Source: Desulfobacterales bacterium (GTDB taxonomy: Bacteria > Desulfobacterota > Desulfobacteria > Desulfobacterales > UBA2174). Taken from it: a stretch of DNA of 64,000 nt. The stretch covers positions 1,024,001 to 1,088,000 of the forward strand of contig CAXXWC010000021.1 in NCBI GenBank assembly GCA_963668645.2. Direction: 5' to 3'. Positions 19,351-29,271 of this stretch are shown here, piece after piece. Position 1 is the stretch's first letter. Every line of letters begins with the position of its first letter. Position numbers and translations under genes: made by a program. Under the pieces are notes generated by a model. That model searched no databases and had not been told where the DNA came from. It was given only the letters and a program-made list of their open reading frames with translations.

Positions 19351-20247
19351 ATGACAGCTCAAAAAATGGATCTGAACGGTATTTTTCCCCCTATCCCGAC
19401 CCCTTTTACCGGCCAGGCGGTGGCCTACGATCATCTCAAGGAAAACGTCCGGCGCTGGGGCCGGACCGGGATCCGCGGGTTCGTGGTGCTCGGCTCAAAC
19501 GGGGAGTATCCCCTGCTGGACGACGATGAAAAACAAAAAACGGTGGCGGCCGTGGTGGAAGCGGCTCCTGCCGGGATGCCGGTCATCGCCGGCACGGGCT
19601 GCGAGTCGACCCGCGCCACCATCGCCCTGACCCGGGCCTGTGCCGCGGCCGGCGCCCATGCGGCCCTGGTGGTCAGCCCCCACTACTACGCCGGACGGAT
19701 AAGCGACGCGGCCCTGGGCGCCCACTACCGGGCCGTGGCCGAGGCCTCTCCAGTGCCGATCCTGCTCTACAACGTGCCCAAATTCACCGGAATGAATCTT
19801 TCCGCCGCGCTGGTGGCCGAACTTTCCCTTCATCCGAACATCGTCGGGATCAAGGACAGCGCGGGCAATGTGAGCCAGTTGGGAGACTATCTCAATCGGG
19901 TGGCGCCGGGCTTCAAGGTGCTGGTGGGAACCGCCGGGGTGCTCTACGGGGCGTTGAGTCTGGGTTGCTGCGGCGGAATCCTGGCCCTGGCCAACGTGGC
20001 CCCGGAACAGTGTGTACGCATTGCCGCCTTGGTGGCCGCCGGTGATCACCAGACTGCGGCCGCCATTCAACGCCGCATGATCCCGGTCAACACCGCCGTG
20101 ACCGCCACCTATGGGATCCCGGGGCTCAAGGCGGCCCTGGATCGGCTGGGCTACTTCGGCGGGGAGCCCCGGCGCCCGCTGCTGGCCAGCAGTAAGGCCG
20201 AGCGCAGGGCCATCGAGGCGATCCTGCTTCAGGCCGGATTGCTCTGA
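19351..20247 (+). CDS. DapA-family class I aldolase, 4-hydroxy-2-oxoglutarate aldolase-like
   Basis: GSNGE (GTTGE in true DapA), SPHYY, LYNVP and Schiff-base GIKDS; AAGGAG RBS. Confidence 0.85.
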   Translation: MTAQKMDLNGIFPPIPTPFTGQAVAYDHLKENVRRWGRTGIRGFVVLGSNGEYPLLDDDEKQKTVAAVVEAAPAGMPVIAGTGCESTRATIALTRACAAAGAHAALVVSPHYYAGRISDAALGAHYRAVAEASPVPILLYNVPKFTGMNLSAALVAELSLHPNIVGIKDSAGNVSQLGDYLNRVAPGFKVLVGTAGVLYGALSLGCCGGILALANVAPEQCVRIAALVAAGDHQTAAAIQRRMIPVNTAVTATYGIPGLKAALDRLGYFGGEPRRPLLASSKAERRAIEAILLQAGLL

Positions 20248-22280
20248 TCGGCACCGCCGTCTTCGAGGATATTGAACTCCCGCATCCGCCGGTATAGCGT
20301 GCTGCGGGAGATGTTCAACTCGCGGGCGGCCTGGGAGACATTGCCTTTTGTGCGGGCCAGCACGGCGACGATCAATTCGTGCAGGCTCTCCTTGACGGTC
20401 TTGGTGTTGGAGGTGCAGGGAACCGTCTTGGTGAACATCCGCCGGGGCAAATGTTCGCAGGTGGTCTCCTTGCCGCCGGAGAGCATCAATGCCCGCTCGA
20501 GACAGTTTTCCAGCTCCCGGATATTGCCGGGCCAGTCGTAGGATTGAAACGCCTCGATCACCTTGTGGTTGATCACGGGCGTGCCCAGCCCGCATTCGTG
20601 GCAGTAGTTGTCCAGAAAATGTTCGACGAGCACCGGCAGGTCATCCAGACGTTCGCGCAAGGGCGGCAGGTTTAATTCGACCACATTGAGACGGTAGTAC
20701 AAATCCTCGCGGAAATTTCCCATCTCCACTTGTTGGAGCAGATCCTTGTTGGAAGCCGAAATCACCCTCACGTCGATCGGGATCACGCGATTGTCCCCCA
20801 GGCGGACGATCTCCTTTTGCTGCAGGGCGCGGAGCAGCTTGGCCTGCAACTCCAGCGGCATGCCGTTGATTTCGTCCAGAAACAACGTGCCATGATGAGC
20901 CAGTTCGAGCTTGCCGACCTGGCCGCCTTTGCGGGCGCCGGTAAATGCACCTTCCCGATAGCCGAAAAGCTCGGCCTCGATGAGATCCCTGGGAATCGCC
21001 GCGCAGGAAATGGCCACGAACGGTCCGTCATGCCTCGGGCTGTGGTTGTGGATGGCCTGGGCGAACAGCTCTTTGCCGGTGCCGCTTTCCCCGGAAATGA
21101 GGATTCTCGAGCTGGAGGCGGCGGCGATCTTGGCGATATCGATCTGCCGGTGCAGCCTGGCGTTGCTCCCCTTGATGTCGCCAAATTCGTACTTGGCGTA
21201 GTTACCCCCCATCCGCTTGACGATATCGATGACGTACTTCTTTTCCGTCAAGGTGATCAATGCGCTTTGACTGGGCAAACCGCCCTCGATGATCCGGCTG
21301 AGGCTGCAAAGGTAGGCGTTTACCCCGGCCGGTCCACTGAAGGTGATCTCCTTGTTGCGAAAAAGGGTTTTATTGCGTAGCGCCCGGGTCAATTCTTCAT
21401 CCGGCCGGATCACCCGAATGAGAGGCTTGCCCACGGCGCCTTCGAAATCGATGCCCAGCATTTTGGCCGCCGAGCGGTTGAGGTTGGCGATGGTAAGATC
21501 TTCGCTAACAGCGATCACGCCGTCGGAAACCGAATCGAAAATCGACGTCAGCAGGCAGTTGAGCCGGTGCTTTTCTCCGGTAAGGATGCGCTCGCGAAAT
21601 TGGCCTTCGATATTCTTGGCCGCCGATACCACGATCGCCAGCGTGTGTTTGTGAAGCCCGTGGAAAGGCCCGGAGAGCGTAATGGTGCCCAGCAGTCTGC
21701 CGTCGGCATCGTGAATTGGCGCCGATGAACAGGTCCACGGATGATGGTAATAGTTGTAGTGCTCTGCGCCGGCAAGCTGGATCGGTTTGTCTTCGAGCAA
21801 TGCCAGCGCGATGGCGTTGGTCCCGGCGGTGGCCTCGCTCCGGTTGCAGCCGGGCAGGTAGTAGTTCTTGCTGGCCATTTCCAGCGTCTCGTCGTCTCCG
21901 GAAATCGCCATCACATACCCGTCGTTGTCGGACAGTACCGTTATGAAACAGGTTCCACGGGTGGAAAGCTCCACCATGTCCATGATGGGCTTGGCAGTTT
22001 CGATAAAAAGCCGGTTTTCGGCAAGACGGCGGCTCAGTTCGGTGGAGTCGAGGGTTGGCGGCTTTTTGGGCCTGTAGGGGTCGAGCCCCCTGCCCCGGCA
22101 ACGCTGCCAGGAATAAAGGATCTCCGGGCGAACGGGGTAACTCGGGGCCAGCCCCTGCACGACCATCTGCTCCCATGCCGTTTTGATGCCCGTCAAATCC
22201 GGCGCTGCCGGATCTATGTCATTGCTGTCATGGGTCTGGGCTTTTGATAATTCCGGTTCTGCCAACAACTCGACCTCCAC
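20229..22280 (-). CDS. AcoR-type sigma-54 activator (GAF-PAS-AAA+-HTH)
   Basis: SWQRC and GTNAIALAL..WTCSSAPIHD GAF signature, GESGTGK, GAFTGA, WPGNIREL, NVSQAARELNISRSTLYR; start uncertain. Confidence 0.93.
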   Translation of the reverse strand: MEVELLAEPELSKAQTHDSNDIDPAAPDLTGIKTAWEQMVVQGLAPSYPVRPEILYSWQRCRGRGLDPYRPKKPPTLDSTELSRRLAENRLFIETAKPIMDMVELSTRGTCFITVLSDNDGYVMAISGDDETLEMASKNYYLPGCNRSEATAGTNAIALALLEDKPIQLAGAEHYNYYHHPWTCSSAPIHDADGRLLGTITLSGPFHGLHKHTLAIVVSAAKNIEGQFRERILTGEKHRLNCLLTSIFDSVSDGVIAVSEDLTIANLNRSAAKMLGIDFEGAVGKPLIRVIRPDEELTRALRNKTLFRNKEITFSGPAGVNAYLCSLSRIIEGGLPSQSALITLTEKKYVIDIVKRMGGNYAKYEFGDIKGSNARLHRQIDIAKIAAASSSRILISGESGTGKELFAQAIHNHSPRHDGPFVAISCAAIPRDLIEAELFGYREGAFTGARKGGQVGKLELAHHGTLFLDEINGMPLELQAKLLRALQQKEIVRLGDNRVIPIDVRVISASNKDLLQQVEMGNFREDLYYRLNVVELNLPPLRERLDDLPVLVEHFLDNYCHECGLGTPVINHKVIEAFQSYDWPGNIRELENCLERALMLSGGKETTCEHLPRRMFTKTVPCTSNTKTVKESLHELIVAVLARTKGNVSQAARELNISRSTLYRRMREFNILEDGGADQSNPA

Positions 22281-22331
22281 CGCGGTCCTGAAACCTCATC
22301 CAAAAAAATTCCAGCCGCCTGTTGCGATAAC

Positions 22332-22361
22332 TGCGTCAGCACATTGTGCCATTTTGACGCA
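22332..22361. promoter_or_regulatory. Candidate activator binding site between the acoR-like gene and the operon
   Basis: TGCGTCA...TGACGCA inverted repeat about 120 bp upstream of the sigma-54 promoter. Confidence 0.45.
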
Positions 22362-22479
22362 CGTGTAGCATCCGGGGACAATCAATGCAATCCGAAAATC
22401 GGGCGGCCTTTTCCTAACCATGAGCTAACAATCCGTTAATCCATCCGATCTTTTCATCCCCGAACCGACCTGTAGCCGT

Positions 22480-22496
22480 TTGGCACGAGTTATGCT
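22480..22496 (+). promoter_or_regulatory. Sigma-54 promoter of the dehydrogenase/TRAP/AOR operon
   Basis: TTGGCACGAGTTATGCT, a near-consensus GG-N10-GC. Confidence 0.88.
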
Positions 22497-22583
22497 GAAA
22501 GCTGGGCAGACTTCGAGACGGCAAGCCCGAGGAGACGATCAATGTTTCCGAACCACCATACACCACCGATTTGAGGAGAAAAG

Positions 22584-23552
22584 ATGAAGTACTCCAAAAA
22601 ACAGATCATGGATTTCTACCGCACGATGTTGAAAATCCGCCTTTTCGAGGAGCGTATCGTCTACATGTACGCGAGAGGGGAAGTGCCGGGTCTGGCACAT
22701 CTGAGCATCGGCCAGGAGGCCTGCGCCGTGGGCACCTGCGCCAGCCTGCGACCGGATGACTACATCAGTTCGACCCATCGCGGCCACGGGCATGTGATCG
22801 CCAAAGGCGCCGACGTCAATCCCATGATGGCCGAGCTGTTCGGCAAGATCGACGGATACTGCAAGGGAAAAGGCGGGTCGATGCACATCGCCGACATGAA
22901 CATCGGCATCCTCGGCGCTAACGGGATTGTGGGTGCCGGACTGCCCATCGCCACCGGAGCGGCGCTTTCGGCCAAGCTGCGCGGAACCGATCAGGTCACC
23001 GTATGCTTCTTTGGCGACGACGCCACCAACATCGGCGCCTTTCATGAAAGCCTCAACCTGGCTGCGGTGATGCGCCTGCCGGTGATCTTTCTTTGCGAAA
23101 ACAACCTTTACGGTCTGTCGGTTCACCAGTCGAAGCACCAACCGATCACCGACATCTCCATCCGTGCCACCAGCTACGACATGCCCGGGGTGACCATCGA
23201 CGGCAACGATGTGTTCGCCGTTTACGAGGCTGCCACCAAAGCGGTTCGCCGGGCCCGCTCCGGTGAAGGGCCGACGCTGATTGAAGCGAAAACCTATCGC
23301 TGGCGCGGGCACCACGAGGGCGATCCGAATGCCGGGGAACGCTACCGTACCAAGGAAGAAATCGAGAAGTGGAAAAAGCTGTGCCCCATCCATCGCCTGG
23401 CGGAGAAAATCGTCCTGGACAAAATCGCCACCCCCCAGGCCATCGAAAAAGTGGAAAAGGAAGTCACCGAGCAAATCGACGCCGCCGTCGCCTATGCCTA
23501 TGCCAGTGAATTCCCGGATTATGAAGAGATGTATACCGATGTCTTCGTTTGA
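22584..23552 (+). CDS. ThDP-dependent acetoin/2-oxoacid dehydrogenase E1 alpha (AcoA-like)
   Basis: HLSIGQEA, STHRGHGH, GKGGSMH, GDD..CENN and TYRWRGHHEGD. Confidence 0.93.
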   Translation: MKYSKKQIMDFYRTMLKIRLFEERIVYMYARGEVPGLAHLSIGQEACAVGTCASLRPDDYISSTHRGHGHVIAKGADVNPMMAELFGKIDGYCKGKGGSMHIADMNIGILGANGIVGAGLPIATGAALSAKLRGTDQVTVCFFGDDATNIGAFHESLNLAAVMRLPVIFLCENNLYGLSVHQSKHQPITDISIRATSYDMPGVTIDGNDVFAVYEAATKAVRRARSGEGPTLIEAKTYRWRGHHEGDPNAGERYRTKEEIEKWKKLCPIHRLAEKIVLDKIATPQAIEKVEKEVTEQIDAAVAYAYASEFPDYEEMYTDVFV

Positions 23553-23657
23553 TCGCCGCGGATACGGCAAACCGATACGGCTCCACTGAATCGGTCCAAC
23601 CCCATCCGCTCGCCTTAAGCACGATTGAAATTAAGGGAGCCCTTTGAACGGGAGAAA

Positions 23658-24641
23658 ATGATGCCAGAAATCACATATTCACAGGCGCTGAATGCCGCAC
23701 TCAGGGAAAACCTGAAAAACGATGATTCCGTTTTTCTGATCGGGGAAGATATCGGCGCGTACGGCGGCGTGTTCCAGGTAACGGCCGGCCTGTTGAAGGA
23801 ATTCGGCCCCAAGCGGGTGATTGAAACCCCCATCGCCGAAACCGGCTTTGTCGGCGCGGCCATCGGCGCGGCCCTGACCGGGATGCGGCCCGTGGTGGAG
23901 ATCATGTTCATCGATTTCACGCCGGTGTGCATGGACCAGATCGTCAACCAGATGGCCAAGATCCACTACCAGTTCGGCGGCCGCGGCAAAGTGCCGATGG
24001 TCCTGAGAACCAACCTCGGGGCCGGCCGGGGCGCGGCGGCCCAGCATTCCCAGAGTTTCATGAGCTTTTTTGCCCATATCCCCGGGCTTTGCCTGGCATG
24101 CCCCTCGACGCCGTACGATGCCAAAGGGTTGCTCAACGAGGCCATTTGCAATGACAACCCCGTGATCTTCATGGAGCACAAACGGCTGTACATCACCAAA
24201 GGGGAGGTGCCGGAGGAATCCTACCGCATCCCCTTCGGGCAGGCCGACATCAAACGGGCCGGCTCCGATCTGACCATCGTGGCCACCCATGCGCTGGTAC
24301 ACAGTGCCCTGGAGGCGGCAGGTGAAATAGCCAAGGAGGGCATCGAGATCGAAGTGGTCGATCCGCGCACCATCGTTCCCCTGGACCGGGATACCATTCT
24401 GACTTCGGTCAAAAAGACAGGCCGCCTGATTGTGGCCGACGAAGGGCACAAATCCTTCGGCATCGCAGCTGAAATTTCCGCCATGGTTGCCGAAGAAGCC
24501 ATCGACTACCTCAAGGCGCCCATCTTGAGGGTCTGCTCTCCCGACACCCCCGTTCCCTTCTCGCCGCCTTTGGAAAAGGCCTTTGTGCCAGGGGCAAGAG
24601 ATCTGCTGCCGGCAATCCGTAAGGCAATGGCATACGCCTGA
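23658..24641 (+). CDS. E1 beta subunit (AcoB-like)
   Basis: IGEDIG..GGVF, TPIAE, GAAAQHSQ, DAKGLL and DPRTIVPLD; start at 23658 or 23661. Confidence 0.93.
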   Translation: MMPEITYSQALNAALRENLKNDDSVFLIGEDIGAYGGVFQVTAGLLKEFGPKRVIETPIAETGFVGAAIGAALTGMRPVVEIMFIDFTPVCMDQIVNQMAKIHYQFGGRGKVPMVLRTNLGAGRGAAAQHSQSFMSFFAHIPGLCLACPSTPYDAKGLLNEAICNDNPVIFMEHKRLYITKGEVPEESYRIPFGQADIKRAGSDLTIVATHALVHSALEAAGEIAKEGIEIEVVDPRTIVPLDRDTILTSVKKTGRLIVADEGHKSFGIAAEISAMVAEEAIDYLKAPILRVCSPDTPVPFSPPLEKAFVPGARDLLPAIRKAMAYA

Positions 24642-24659
24642 TCAGATAAGGAGAGACAG

Positions 24660-26006
24660 ATGGCCACCGAAGTCGTTCTGCCCATGCTGGGCATCACCGT
24701 TGAAAGAGGGAAGATCACCCAGTGGCACAAATCCGAGGGCGATTCCGTCCAAAAGGCGGAAATCATCTTCACCGTGGAATCCGAAAAGGTCACCACGGAT
24801 GTTGAATCGCCCGCCACCGGAATTTTGGCCAAAATTCTGGTCCAGGCAGGCATGGAAGTGCCCCTGATGACGGTGGTCGGCATCATCACCGAACCGGGCG
24901 AAGAAGTGCCGCCCCAGTATCTGGACGGTGCGCCTCTTGAAAATGCCGGCGCGCCGGAGCTGATCGCGGCACCGCAGAATCAAAAAGTGCAGGAGTCCGG
25001 CCCGCCGGCGGCGCCAGCGGGCCGACCGGTGCGTATCGTGCCCGCGGCGCGCAAGCTGGCCAAAGAGATGGGAATCGAGCCGGCCCGGATCCGGGGAACC
25101 GGCCCCGAGGGGATCATCTGCTGGGGTGATGTCGCCAGCGCCGCTCCGGGCGAAACCGGGGTCAAGGCCTCCACCCTGGCCAAACGCCTGGCGGCACAGA
25201 ACGATGTCGATCTTTCCGCCATCCAAGGCACCGGCGTGCGCGGCCGCATCATGCGCGACGACGTGGCCGCCGCCTGCCAGGCCCGTATCCAGCCTATCGC
25301 CGGCGCCGGAATAGAGAAAATCATCCCGTTAAACGGCGTACGCCGGGTCATCGCCCGGCGCATGTCCCAAAGCGCCTTCAGTGCGCCGCACACCTATTTC
25401 TTTACCGAAGTCGCCATGGACGCCCTTCTGGATTACCGCCGGCAGGTGGTCCCGGTCTTCGAAAAACGGTTCGGCATCCGACCGTCGATCAACGATTTTC
25501 TCATCAAGGCCGTCGCGTTGAACATCCGCGACTTCCCGTTGTTCAACGCCCAGATCGAAGATGAAAACATCCACATCCTGCCGCGCATCAACGTGGGCCT
25601 GGCCGTCGCCCAGCCCGAGGGTCTGATCGTTCCGGCCATCGCCGATGCCGACCTGATCGGGATGGCCGAGATCGCCCTGCAGCGCAATGATCTGGTAAGC
25701 CGTGCCAGGACGGGGCAGTTGACCAGCGATGAGATGGAGCGGGGAACATTCACGATTTCAAGCCTGGCGCAGTACGACATCACCCAGTTTACCGCGATCA
25801 TCAACCCCCCTCAAAGCGCCATCCTCTCCGTGGCCGCCACCCGGGACCAGCTCTTTTTGCAGGACGGCCAGGTCGCGGTGCGAAAAACCGCCGTTTTCGG
25901 GCTCTCGACCGATCATCGCGTCATCGATGGGGTGCAATCCGCCGATTTTCTGCAGAACTTGAAGATCAAGCTCGAACGCCCGGCATTCACCTTCATGCAC
26001 TTGTAG
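24660..26006 (+). CDS. Dihydrolipoamide acyltransferase E2
   Basis: Lipoyl domain ESEKV, two subunit-binding domains (GTGPEGII, GTGVRGRI) and catalytic DHRVIDG. Confidence 0.94.
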   Translation: MATEVVLPMLGITVERGKITQWHKSEGDSVQKAEIIFTVESEKVTTDVESPATGILAKILVQAGMEVPLMTVVGIITEPGEEVPPQYLDGAPLENAGAPELIAAPQNQKVQESGPPAAPAGRPVRIVPAARKLAKEMGIEPARIRGTGPEGIICWGDVASAAPGETGVKASTLAKRLAAQNDVDLSAIQGTGVRGRIMRDDVAAACQARIQPIAGAGIEKIIPLNGVRRVIARRMSQSAFSAPHTYFFTEVAMDALLDYRRQVVPVFEKRFGIRPSINDFLIKAVALNIRDFPLFNAQIEDENIHILPRINVGLAVAQPEGLIVPAIADADLIGMAEIALQRNDLVSRARTGQLTSDEMERGTFTISSLAQYDITQFTAIINPPQSAILSVAATRDQLFLQDGQVAVRKTAVFGLSTDHRVIDGVQSADFLQNLKIKLERPAFTFMHL

Positions 26007-26024
26007 GATAGGAGAGCGAGTATC

Positions 26025-27440
26025 ATGACCACTTCGAAACGCGACTACGACCTGGCGGTGATCGGTGCCGGACCGGGCGGGTACCACACCGCGGTGCTGG
26101 GTGCCCAGGAGGGGATGCGCGTCCTTTTGGTGGAAAAAGAAACGCTGGGCGGCACCTGCTTGAACCGCGGCTGTATTCCGACCAAGGCGTTCGTTCACGA
26201 TACGCGGGTTTTGGCCACCGCCAGTGAATCCGGCGTACTGACGGGCCGGAGCGGATTGGGCATCGATGTCGGCCTTATGGTGGCGCGCAAAAACAAGGTG
26301 GTGGCCGCCAACGTGGGCGGCCTGGAAGCGATCATCCGCAGCCGCGCCATCGATATCGCCAGAGGCACGGGTGAGCTGGACGGGCCCGGGTGCATCACGG
26401 TGCGATCGGCCCAGGGAGACCCGCAGACCTATCATGCCCGCAACATCGTCCTGGCCAACGGCTCGCGGCCGGCCGTGCCGGGATTCATCACGGTTGACGG
26501 CGAGGTGGTCCAGACCACCGATCAGGCGCTGAATCCCAGCACCGTTCCGGCCAAAGTGGCCATCATCGGCGGAGGGGTCATCGGCATGGAGTTCGCCTCC
26601 ATTTTCCGGGCCCTGGGGGCGAAGGTCACGGTGATCGAGATGCTGCCGGAGATTCTCGTCAGCGAAGACCCGGAAATCCGAAAGTTGCTGGAGCGGTCGC
26701 TGAAACGCCAGGAGGTGGCGGTCCATTGCGGCGCCAGGGTTACCCATGTGGACCGCAGTCAAGATGGGGCGGTGGTCCATTTCACCGACAGCAAGCAGGC
26801 CCCGCAGCAGCTGGCGGTGGATCGGGTCCTGGTGGCCACCGGCCGGGCACCCGTGCTGGACGGCTTGTCGCCCCAACAAAACGGCCTGGCCATGGACGGG
26901 CCGTATGTCAAAGTCAATCAACGCATGGAAACCAGCCTGCCGGGTGTTTTCGCCATCGGCGATCTTGTCGGTGGCATGATGCTGGCCCACAAGGCATCGG
27001 CGGAAGCCGAAATCGTCATCGCCAACCTCAGCGGCCACCGTGTTAAACCCATCGACAACAACCTCATTCCCCGTTGCGTCTGGTGCACGCCCGAAATCGC
27101 CGCCGTGGGCATGACTGAAGCCCAGGCCCTGGAAGCCGGCCGCCGGATCCGGGTCGGCCGTTTTCCTTTCAGCAATTCCGGCAAAGCCCACGCCCTGGCG
27201 GCGACCGAAGGATTGGCCAAGATCGTCGCGGACCAGGATTCGGGTGAAATTCTCGGCGTGCACATGATCGGCGAGCATGTCACCGAACTGCTGGCCCAGC
27301 CGCTTTTGGCCATGACGATGGAATCCGCGGTGGAGGATCTGGCGGCGGTCACCATGCCGCATCCCACATTGTCGGAGATCATCAAGGAAGCCGCGCTGGA
27401 CTGGAACGGACGGGCGATTCATTTGCCGTTGAAGAAGTAA
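26025..27440 (+). CDS. lpdA: Dihydrolipoamide dehydrogenase E3
   Basis: GAGPGG, GGTCLNRGCIP, GGGVIG and HPTLSE. Confidence 0.95.
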   Translation: MTTSKRDYDLAVIGAGPGGYHTAVLGAQEGMRVLLVEKETLGGTCLNRGCIPTKAFVHDTRVLATASESGVLTGRSGLGIDVGLMVARKNKVVAANVGGLEAIIRSRAIDIARGTGELDGPGCITVRSAQGDPQTYHARNIVLANGSRPAVPGFITVDGEVVQTTDQALNPSTVPAKVAIIGGGVIGMEFASIFRALGAKVTVIEMLPEILVSEDPEIRKLLERSLKRQEVAVHCGARVTHVDRSQDGAVVHFTDSKQAPQQLAVDRVLVATGRAPVLDGLSPQQNGLAMDGPYVKVNQRMETSLPGVFAIGDLVGGMMLAHKASAEAEIVIANLSGHRVKPIDNNLIPRCVWCTPEIAAVGMTEAQALEAGRRIRVGRFPFSNSGKAHALAATEGLAKIVADQDSGEILGVHMIGEHVTELLAQPLLAMTMESAVEDLAAVTMPHPTLSEIIKEAALDWNGRAIHLPLKK

Positions 27441-27442
27441 TG

Positions 27443-27464
27443 ACGGCTTCGCAACGAGCCGTTT
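27443..27464 (+). terminator. Short stem-loop after lpdA
   Basis: ACGGCT(T)CG-CAA-CGAGCCGT followed by TT; weak U-tract. Confidence 0.35.
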
Positions 27465-27617
27465 AGACAACCACAAAGGACCCAGGGGCAGAGTCTGGGA
27501 ACTGGAATCCGGTATTGAATCGAGCGCTGTTTTTACCTTTGTGGCGATTCATGCAAGTTGGTAAAGGGTTGAGGAAAGAGCAGAGTCTGAACCATCATTC
27601 ACACATGGAGGGAAAAG

Positions 27618-28688
27618 TTGATGAAAAGACGTGACATTCTCAAAGCTGGTTTGGCCGGAGGTGCTGCTGCCTTGACAGGCATGTACGCACTGCCGAAGAA
27701 GGCCTTCGCCAAAAGCCCGGATTTCAAGTTTAAACTGCAATCCTTTCTCGGCCCAGGCTGGTTGGAATGGGAAGAGCTCGTGCCGCGCTACTGCGAGAGA
27801 GTCAAGCTGATGTCCGGCGGGCGCATCGAGATCAAGCCCTATCCGCCAGGGGCGCTGGTGGCCACTTTCGACATGATCGACGGTGTGGGACGGGGCGTGG
27901 TGGAGCTGGCCTACGGGGCACAATGCTACTGGAAGGGCGTATTTCCTTATACCATCTGGGCCTGGGCCATCCCCTTCGCCTTCGACGTTGTCGAACAGCA
28001 CGATTATCTGTGGCAGGAAGCCGGATTGCTGGAAATCAGCCGGGAGCAGTTCGCCACCAAGAACATTCATTTCCTCGGCCCCATCTATTCCGACGAATGG
28101 GGCGCCACCATGTCCACCAAGCCGATCAAGAGCCTCGATGATTACAAGGGCCTGAAGATCCGCAGTTTCGGGGTTGTCGCCGACATCTGGAAGAACTTCG
28201 GGGCCGGCATTGCCCGTTTGCCCGGCGAAGAGCTCTACACCGGACTTTCCACCGGGGTCATCGACGGGGTCAACTGGGGCTCGCCCTACGGTTTCGTGGC
28301 CACCAAACTGCACGAAGTGGCCAAATACTACTGCGGCCCATCCCTGATCGATTTCGACACCGAAGATGTCTTCATGAACATGGATGCCTACAAATCCCTG
28401 CCGCCCGATCTGCAGGAATGCATGAACCTGGCCACCCGCATTTTCGCCATGGAGCGCGCCACCATCTCCACCTACCAGAGCTGCCTGGCCGTCAGCACGA
28501 TGAAGGCCGCCGGCGTGAAGTTCTCCAGCCTGCCGGAAAGCGACGTGGCAAAGATGAAAAAACTTTCGGACGAAATCATCCGCGACCAGGCCAACGCCGA
28601 CCCGGTGAGCAAGAAAGTCGTCGATCTGGTCATGAAAACCTCGGAAACCATCAGCCAGCGCCCGCGAATGGTTCGCAAAATGGCCTGA
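27618..28688 (+). CDS. dctP: TRAP transporter substrate-binding protein (DctP/TakP-like) with Tat signal
   Basis: KRRDILK twin-arginine leader ending AFA, SGGRIEI, KGLKIRS (conserved Arg) and GVIDG. Confidence 0.92.
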   Translation: MMKRRDILKAGLAGGAAALTGMYALPKKAFAKSPDFKFKLQSFLGPGWLEWEELVPRYCERVKLMSGGRIEIKPYPPGALVATFDMIDGVGRGVVELAYGAQCYWKGVFPYTIWAWAIPFAFDVVEQHDYLWQEAGLLEISREQFATKNIHFLGPIYSDEWGATMSTKPIKSLDDYKGLKIRSFGVVADIWKNFGAGIARLPGEELYTGLSTGVIDGVNWGSPYGFVATKLHEVAKYYCGPSLIDFDTEDVFMNMDAYKSLPPDLQECMNLATRIFAMERATISTYQSCLAVSTMKAAGVKFSSLPESDVAKMKKLSDEIIRDQANADPVSKKVVDLVMKTSETISQRPRMVRKMA

Positions 28689-28695
28689 TGTCCGC

Positions 28696-28732
28696 CCAGG
28701 GGCCTCCCGCAACCCCGGGAGGCCCCTGGTTT
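28696..28732 (+). terminator. Perfect 14-bp intercistronic stem-loop after dctP
   Basis: CCAGGGGCCTCCCG-CAACCC-CGGGAGGCCCCTGG followed by TTT. Confidence 0.7.
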
Positions 28733-28749
28733 GACGAAAGGAACAGCCT

Positions 28750-29271
28750 ATGGTGGGTCTGAAGCGGCTTTTAAAAGCCATCGACTGGACAAACGAATAT
28801 GTGGGGCGCGTCGCATCCCTGATCATGCTCCCCATGCTCGTCATCATGGTCCTGGAAGTATTCATGCGCTACGTACTCAAGGCACCGACCATCTGGGGCA
28901 CAGAGATGACCACGTTCATGTTCGCCGGTTATACGCTGTTGGGGGCGGGCTATACCCATCTTAAAAGCGCCCACGTCAACATGAACGCACTGTACGGGGC
29001 CATGTCTCCTCGAACCCAGGCGATATTCGACCTGATCACATGGGTGGGTTTCTTCCTCTACTGCGCCGTGCTGCTCTATGAAAGTTCGAACTTTTTCTGG
29101 GATGCGTTCTCCTCGGGCCGGGCAACCGGCAGCGACTGGAACCCCGTTTTATGGCCCGTACTGCTTACCCTTCCTTTGGGGACCCTGCTGTTGCTGCTGC
29201 AGGGCGTGGCCAAACTGATCCGTGACATCGTCTTTCTGGCAACCGGAGAAAGGGAGGAGGCCGCGCCATGA
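28750..29271 (+). CDS. dctQ: TRAP small permease
   Basis: Four TM helices, EVFMRY..APTIW.E and HVNM; lies between dctP and dctM. Confidence 0.9.
   Translation: MVGLKRLLKAIDWTNEYVGRVASLIMLPMLVIMVLEVFMRYVLKAPTIWGTEMTTFMFAGYTLLGAGYTHLKSAHVNMNALYGAMSPRTQAIFDLITWVGFFLYCAVLLYESSNFFWDAFSSGRATGSDWNPVLWPVLLTLPLGTLLLLLQGVAKLIRDIVFLATGEREEAAP

Noticed and set aside
19351..20247. Calling the aldolase dapA
   Set aside because: GSNGE instead of GTTGE and no lysine-pathway context
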